A stretch of DNA of 64,000 nucleotides, taken from positions 161,629 to 225,628 of the IMG/VR virus record IMGVR_UViG_3300028804_000001, one strand, 5' to 3'. Below, piece by piece: positions 60,630 to 64,000 of the stretch. How positions within the stretch are numbered: position 1 is the stretch's first letter; each line of letters starts with the position of its first letter. Position numbers and translations under genes: made by a program. The stretch comes from a virus. Lineage: Duplodnaviria; Caudoviricetes. The notes beneath the pieces were generated by a model that was given only the letters and a program-made list of their open reading frames with translations, was not told the DNA's origin and searched no databases.

Positions 60630-62111
60630 TTAGAAGGTTACTCCACTCAGGGTAGAGTTAACATCGTAGACACTCAGCGAACGCTGGTTCACATTATCGA
60701 ACACATAGTTGCGGTCGATTACGATGTTTCTTACAACACCTACACCACGACCCTGATGAACAGGATACATGCCGAAGCGACGCTTGAACTTGATGTAGCG
60801 AACTTCTTTCTCTACATCTTCCCACTCGTCAGTCGTAGGACCTTCGCCATTCAGGATAACACCTGTGCGCTGCGGATCGATGAAATACAGGTTAGTAATG
60901 TATTTCTTCGAAACTGGATCCTGTCTCCATGGGACGTAAGGAGTTACAATAACTCTCAGTCCACCAGGGAACGCTGCATTTCCAGGAGGAATGTTAAACG
61001 TAGCCCAGTAAGGAGACAGCGTCTTGGAAGCAGGGCTGATGCCAAGCTTACCGTAGAATGTATCCGGCACACCATTAGCAGAGTAAAGCTGCTGAGTAGT
61101 GTTGTTACCACCGAGATTGGACATTTTATAGCCCCACATCTCGCCGAATGGAGATTCGAAACCTTGAGCACCAGCTCCCTGGAGACGAGCACTATTGAGA
61201 GCAGAGGTTACTTGGGAACCTACTACCATCAGTTCGCGCATCTCAGGATCCGTTGCCCACATTTGCCATGCAAACGGGTGCATGAGAAGGATGCTGTAAT
61301 TAAAGCCGCGGGTATTACCGTAAGCCCATACACTCATCGTGTCATTGAGAGTGATAGTTCCATTGAAGGATCCATCAATCGCACGACCGGAAGTAATCTT
61401 CCCTTCGAGGCCAGCAGAAGGCGTAGCGTTGTTGAAGATAGTCGTTCCCATCTTATTCAACAGCGTCATAGCCATGGACTCTTCATGCAGGATGAAGCCG
61501 TCCATTACCTGGCGAACGAGGAATCCGAGGATGCCCCAATGATCGGATTCATAAAGCTCTTGTTCGATAGTAAGCTTAACACCATATTTCTTGATGTCCA
61601 GTGCCATACGGAAGGCTTTATCAACGATCGAAGGACCAACTTCCGGATACGGTTCGTTACGACCAACTTCTTCAATGTTGATCGGTCCAAAGGAGCGGAT
61701 ATTGACCTGATCTCTCTGGCCAGTATACGGAACCGTTTGGAACACTTCACGTGATACCAGAATCTGAGGCATCAGGTAGTTTCTCGTAACAACTTCGATC
61801 GCAGGACCGAAAGTGAACGGGAAGTCTTTTGCCGAGAGGTAGTCACGGAATGCTTTCTGGATTGTAGGAACTTTCATTCCAATCGGCTTGCGGCCTTCCA
61901 GAAGGTCCACGAACATTCTGACAGAGTCAGTATCGGCTTGAACCATTCCTGCGAGGATCTCATTCCGTTTCTCGGAATCTTCTCCAGCTGCAGAGAGTTG
62001 GCTTTCATAAGTATCCGAGGATTTATCCCTCGGGTCTACATGACGTTGCAGAGCCGAATCAAATTGGTCCCTGTAAGCGTCAGTAGCAAGAAGATCAGCT
62101 GCTGTAACCAT
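60630..62111 (-). CDS. Major capsid protein (HK97 fold)
   Basis: 493 aa with EEVGRNEPYPE, IKKYGVKLTIEQEL, ILLMHPFAW, LRVIVTPYVP, YFID....GVI and IKFKRRFG; strong SD; biased codon usage; followed by a terminator. Confidence 0.9.
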   Translation of the reverse strand: MVTAADLLATDAYRDQFDSALQRHVDPRDKSSDTYESQLSAAGEDSEKRNEILAGMVQADTDSVRMFVDLLEGRKPIGMKVPTIQKAFRDYLSAKDFPFTFGPAIEVVTRNYLMPQILVSREVFQTVPYTGQRDQVNIRSFGPINIEEVGRNEPYPEVGPSIVDKAFRMALDIKKYGVKLTIEQELYESDHWGILGFLVRQVMDGFILHEESMAMTLLNKMGTTIFNNATPSAGLEGKITSGRAIDGSFNGTITLNDTMSVWAYGNTRGFNYSILLMHPFAWQMWATDPEMRELMVVGSQVTSALNSARLQGAGAQGFESPFGEMWGYKMSNLGGNNTTQQLYSANGVPDTFYGKLGISPASKTLSPYWATFNIPPGNAAFPGGLRVIVTPYVPWRQDPVSKKYITNLYFIDPQRTGVILNGEGPTTDEWEDVEKEVRYIKFKRRFGMYPVHQGRGVGVVRNIVIDRNYVFDNVNQRSLSVYDVNSTLSGVTF

Positions 62112-62149
62112 TGCTTTTTACTCCACTCCTATATTATGTGGGACCATGC

Positions 62150-63235
62150 TTACGCATTGATCCCAGTCAGATTGAACAGGACTTTAACCATCCCGTAGTA
62201 GCCCGCATCGACATCAGCAATGATATCAGCCGGCAGCACAGATTGACCCTGAGCTTGGCGGATGAGTTTGATGAAATCGAACAGACGGCGGGTTAAACCT
62301 CCGGTGTTGGTACCAGGAACATTGAGATCCGGGAATCCATCTACGAAGGCATTAAGTTCCGGGAACAGATCATTAGTCCAACTGATGATCTTTCCAAACT
62401 TCTTCGGAAACTGCGTGGTGTTAGAAGTAAGAACGAGCTTACCATTACCATCAACGCGAACTGTAGCTTCGGGAGCCATCAGCGAAGAATCGAAGACTGT
62501 AAGGAACTGGTGACGCTTGTATACCGAACGGTATCCAACATCTCCACCAGGCTGCTTATCAGTTGTGTTAATACGAGAAGCACTCGCAATAACATAAGGA
62601 ATGTTCAGAACTCCATATTTGGAAACTGAGTAAGCCTGGGAACTGAGCTGGTAGCTCATGTTAGATCCGCGAGTTTCACGCATTACCTGGTGTACAATTA
62701 CACCAATAGGATCCTGGTTAGCTGATCTCGTAAGAGCTACGGTAGATTCAACATCAGCAGCAGATGCTACAGCACCATTAGACTTGAGTCTTTTGATATC
62801 AACATCATTCTGCGTAATGAGGTCATTGATTGCAGCGTTAGTTCCGTTGCAAGGCTCAATGATACCATCAAGCGTACGATCATAGCCATAAACTCCCTGT
62901 ACACTGTTCTTCAGTGTTCCAGAGAAACCAACGCCCATAGCTTGATAACCAGTGGAGTCAATACCAGCAGAGCTGTTATATGCACCAGCACCAGTTTTCA
63001 GGTTAACTGCCGAGACGACCGTTCCATGAGGGAATACATATCCCTCTTGATCGTTCAGAGAAACGCTAAGAGCAGGCAAGAATCTGTGCGGACGATACGC
63101 ACCAAATTCAAACCAGTTTTGTTCCATGACGGTTTCGAGACCGTCCATGTAAGTATAACGGGAAGGAAGTTCCCTGAGCATCTCATCTTGGAACTGTTCT
63201 CCGTTAAGGTCAAGTGGGTTAGGATTAACTGCCAT
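62150..63235 (-). CDS. Probable head decoration / capsid-stabilising protein (361 aa)
   Basis: Lies between scaffold and capsid genes; YVFPHGTVVS, PIGVI, LNIPY, VRVDGNGKLV and VPGTNTGGL motifs; capsid-like codon bias. Confidence 0.65.
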   Translation of the reverse strand: MAVNPNPLDLNGEQFQDEMLRELPSRYTYMDGLETVMEQNWFEFGAYRPHRFLPALSVSLNDQEGYVFPHGTVVSAVNLKTGAGAYNSSAGIDSTGYQAMGVGFSGTLKNSVQGVYGYDRTLDGIIEPCNGTNAAINDLITQNDVDIKRLKSNGAVASAADVESTVALTRSANQDPIGVIVHQVMRETRGSNMSYQLSSQAYSVSKYGVLNIPYVIASASRINTTDKQPGGDVGYRSVYKRHQFLTVFDSSLMAPEATVRVDGNGKLVLTSNTTQFPKKFGKIISWTNDLFPELNAFVDGFPDLNVPGTNTGGLTRRLFDFIKLIRQAQGQSVLPADIIADVDAGYYGMVKVLFNLTGINA

Positions 63236-63271
63236 TTCTATTCACCTTTTAGTTATATTCTCCTCTTAAAA

Positions 63272-64000
63272 TTAGAACGAGTATGGATTCTTTTTCCTGG
63301 CTGGCACTTGTGGTTTTACTGCACCAGCAAGTTTCCCTTCAAGATCTTTAATCTTACTCTCGAGATCTGCAATCTTGGAATCACGGTTCTCGATTTCTTT
63401 CTTGAGAGAAGCAGAATCTTCAGCAGCTGGAGCTGGTTCAGCAGCAGCAGATGCAGAATCTTGAGCTGGTTCGCCAGCAGGCGCAGTAGGCTTAAGAGAT
63501 TCTTTAATAGAATCTAAACCCAACTTCATCTCATTACGGAGGGCATCAACAGCCGTTTTGACTTCGTCAGCAACGATCTGTTTAACACGTGTTTCTTCCA
63601 TCTGATTTTCAGTTTTATCAGTGGCGCTTTGGACAGTACCACTAGAATCAGCTGGACGCTGTTCATTCGGCAACTTTGCCATAACTAAATTAAGGGCATC
63701 CGTGTTTTTCTGTACAGTAGCAGATAAAATACCAACGGTTTCCTTGAGTTCCTTTGCAACTTGTTCGAACATTGCTTCCTCCTGTGCATCCATCACAGCT
63801 TTATTATCGTTATTGGGTTCTTCAATGGTAACACCATTGGTAAGAGGTGTATAGCCAATTGGCTTACACGCATATCCAAGATTATCGTTACCCCTAAAGT
63901 CTATATCATGATAGAAGGACGTATTGAGTACCGAGTCTTTTCCAACTTCGGCATAGCTGATGATATGTGCAATAAGATCTGCCGGCTCATTTAGATCGGA
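63272..64000 (-). CDS. C-terminal part of a prohead protease-scaffold protein (5' end outside window)
   Basis: The frame of the 174-aa track ORF stays open to position 64000 (SDLNEPADLIAHII...). S..N.PAD..A.I is the end of an HK97/assemblin-type prohead protease domain and is followed by Ala/Glu-rich coiled-coil scaffold sequence. Confidence 0.75.
   Translation of the reverse strand, partial: SDLNEPADLIAHIISYAEVGKDSVLNTSFYHDIDFRGNDNLGYACKPIGYTPLTNGVTIEEPNNDNKAVMDAQEEAMFEQVAKELKETVGILSATVQKNTDALNLVMAKLPNEQRPADSSGTVQSATDKTENQMEETRVKQIVADEVKTAVDALRNEMKLGLDSIKESLKPTAPAGEPAQDSASAAAEPAPAAEDSASLKKEIENRDSKIADLESKIKDLEGKLAGAVKPQVPARKKNPYSF

Larger units (their letters stand above)
1..64000 (-). mobile_element. 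Structural (late) gene region of a large myovirus / probable jumbo bacteriophage
   Basis: Canonical order protease-scaffold, decoration, capsid, neck, sheath, tube, fibres, lysis enzymes, baseplate, chaperones, tape measure; one coding strand; very short intergenic gaps; six ORFs over 1200 aa; no cellular housekeeping genes. Confidence 0.95.

Noticed and set aside
60756-61754. 332-aa plus-strand ORF antisense to the capsid gene
   Set aside because: Same shadow-frame effect; fully nested in a confident gene.
63272-63796. Stand-alone 174-aa scaffold gene as given by the track
   Set aside because: The frame is open to the window edge and includes a protease motif, so this is the tail of a longer gene. 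An internal start cannot be excluded.
1-64000. Stop-codon reassignment, common in some large phages
   Set aside because: Very long ORFs are intact in the standard code, and TAA, TAG and TGA all occur at sensible gene ends.

Overview
The window is a 64-kb slice of the virion morphogenesis region of a large contractile-tailed (myovirus-type, probably jumbo) bacteriophage. Essentially all genes are on the minus strand, densely packed, often coupled by TAATG/ATGA overlaps, and read in the standard genetic code. In transcription order (right to left) it encodes: the C-terminal part of a prohead protease/scaffold, a head decoration protein, the major capsid protein, neck/head-completion proteins, tail sheath and tail tube. 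These are followed by a T5 A1-like metallophosphoesterase nuclease, several fibre proteins, an unexpected GHKL kinase plus membrane PP2C phosphatase pair overlapping a lytic transglycosylase and C39-like peptidase, baseplate proteins (one with LysM) and tail chaperones. The block ends in four giant ORFs: a tape-measure-like protein (2019 aa), a 2780-aa protein with two-barrel RNA polymerase catalytic signatures, a 1692-aa protein with an intact EEP nuclease/phosphatase domain, and a >2060-aa hub-like protein that runs off the left edge and is missing from the ORF track. The best leads are (1) the putative virion-packaged single-chain RNA polymerase next to the tape measure, (2) the kinase/phosphatase module joined to the lysis enzymes, (3) the EEP domain in a virion protein, and (4) strong over-representation of the palindromes GCCGGC and CCGCGG. 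Product calls rest on motifs recognised by eye and on gene order; no database search was run. No tRNA, rRNA, CRISPR array, integrase or transposase was seen.
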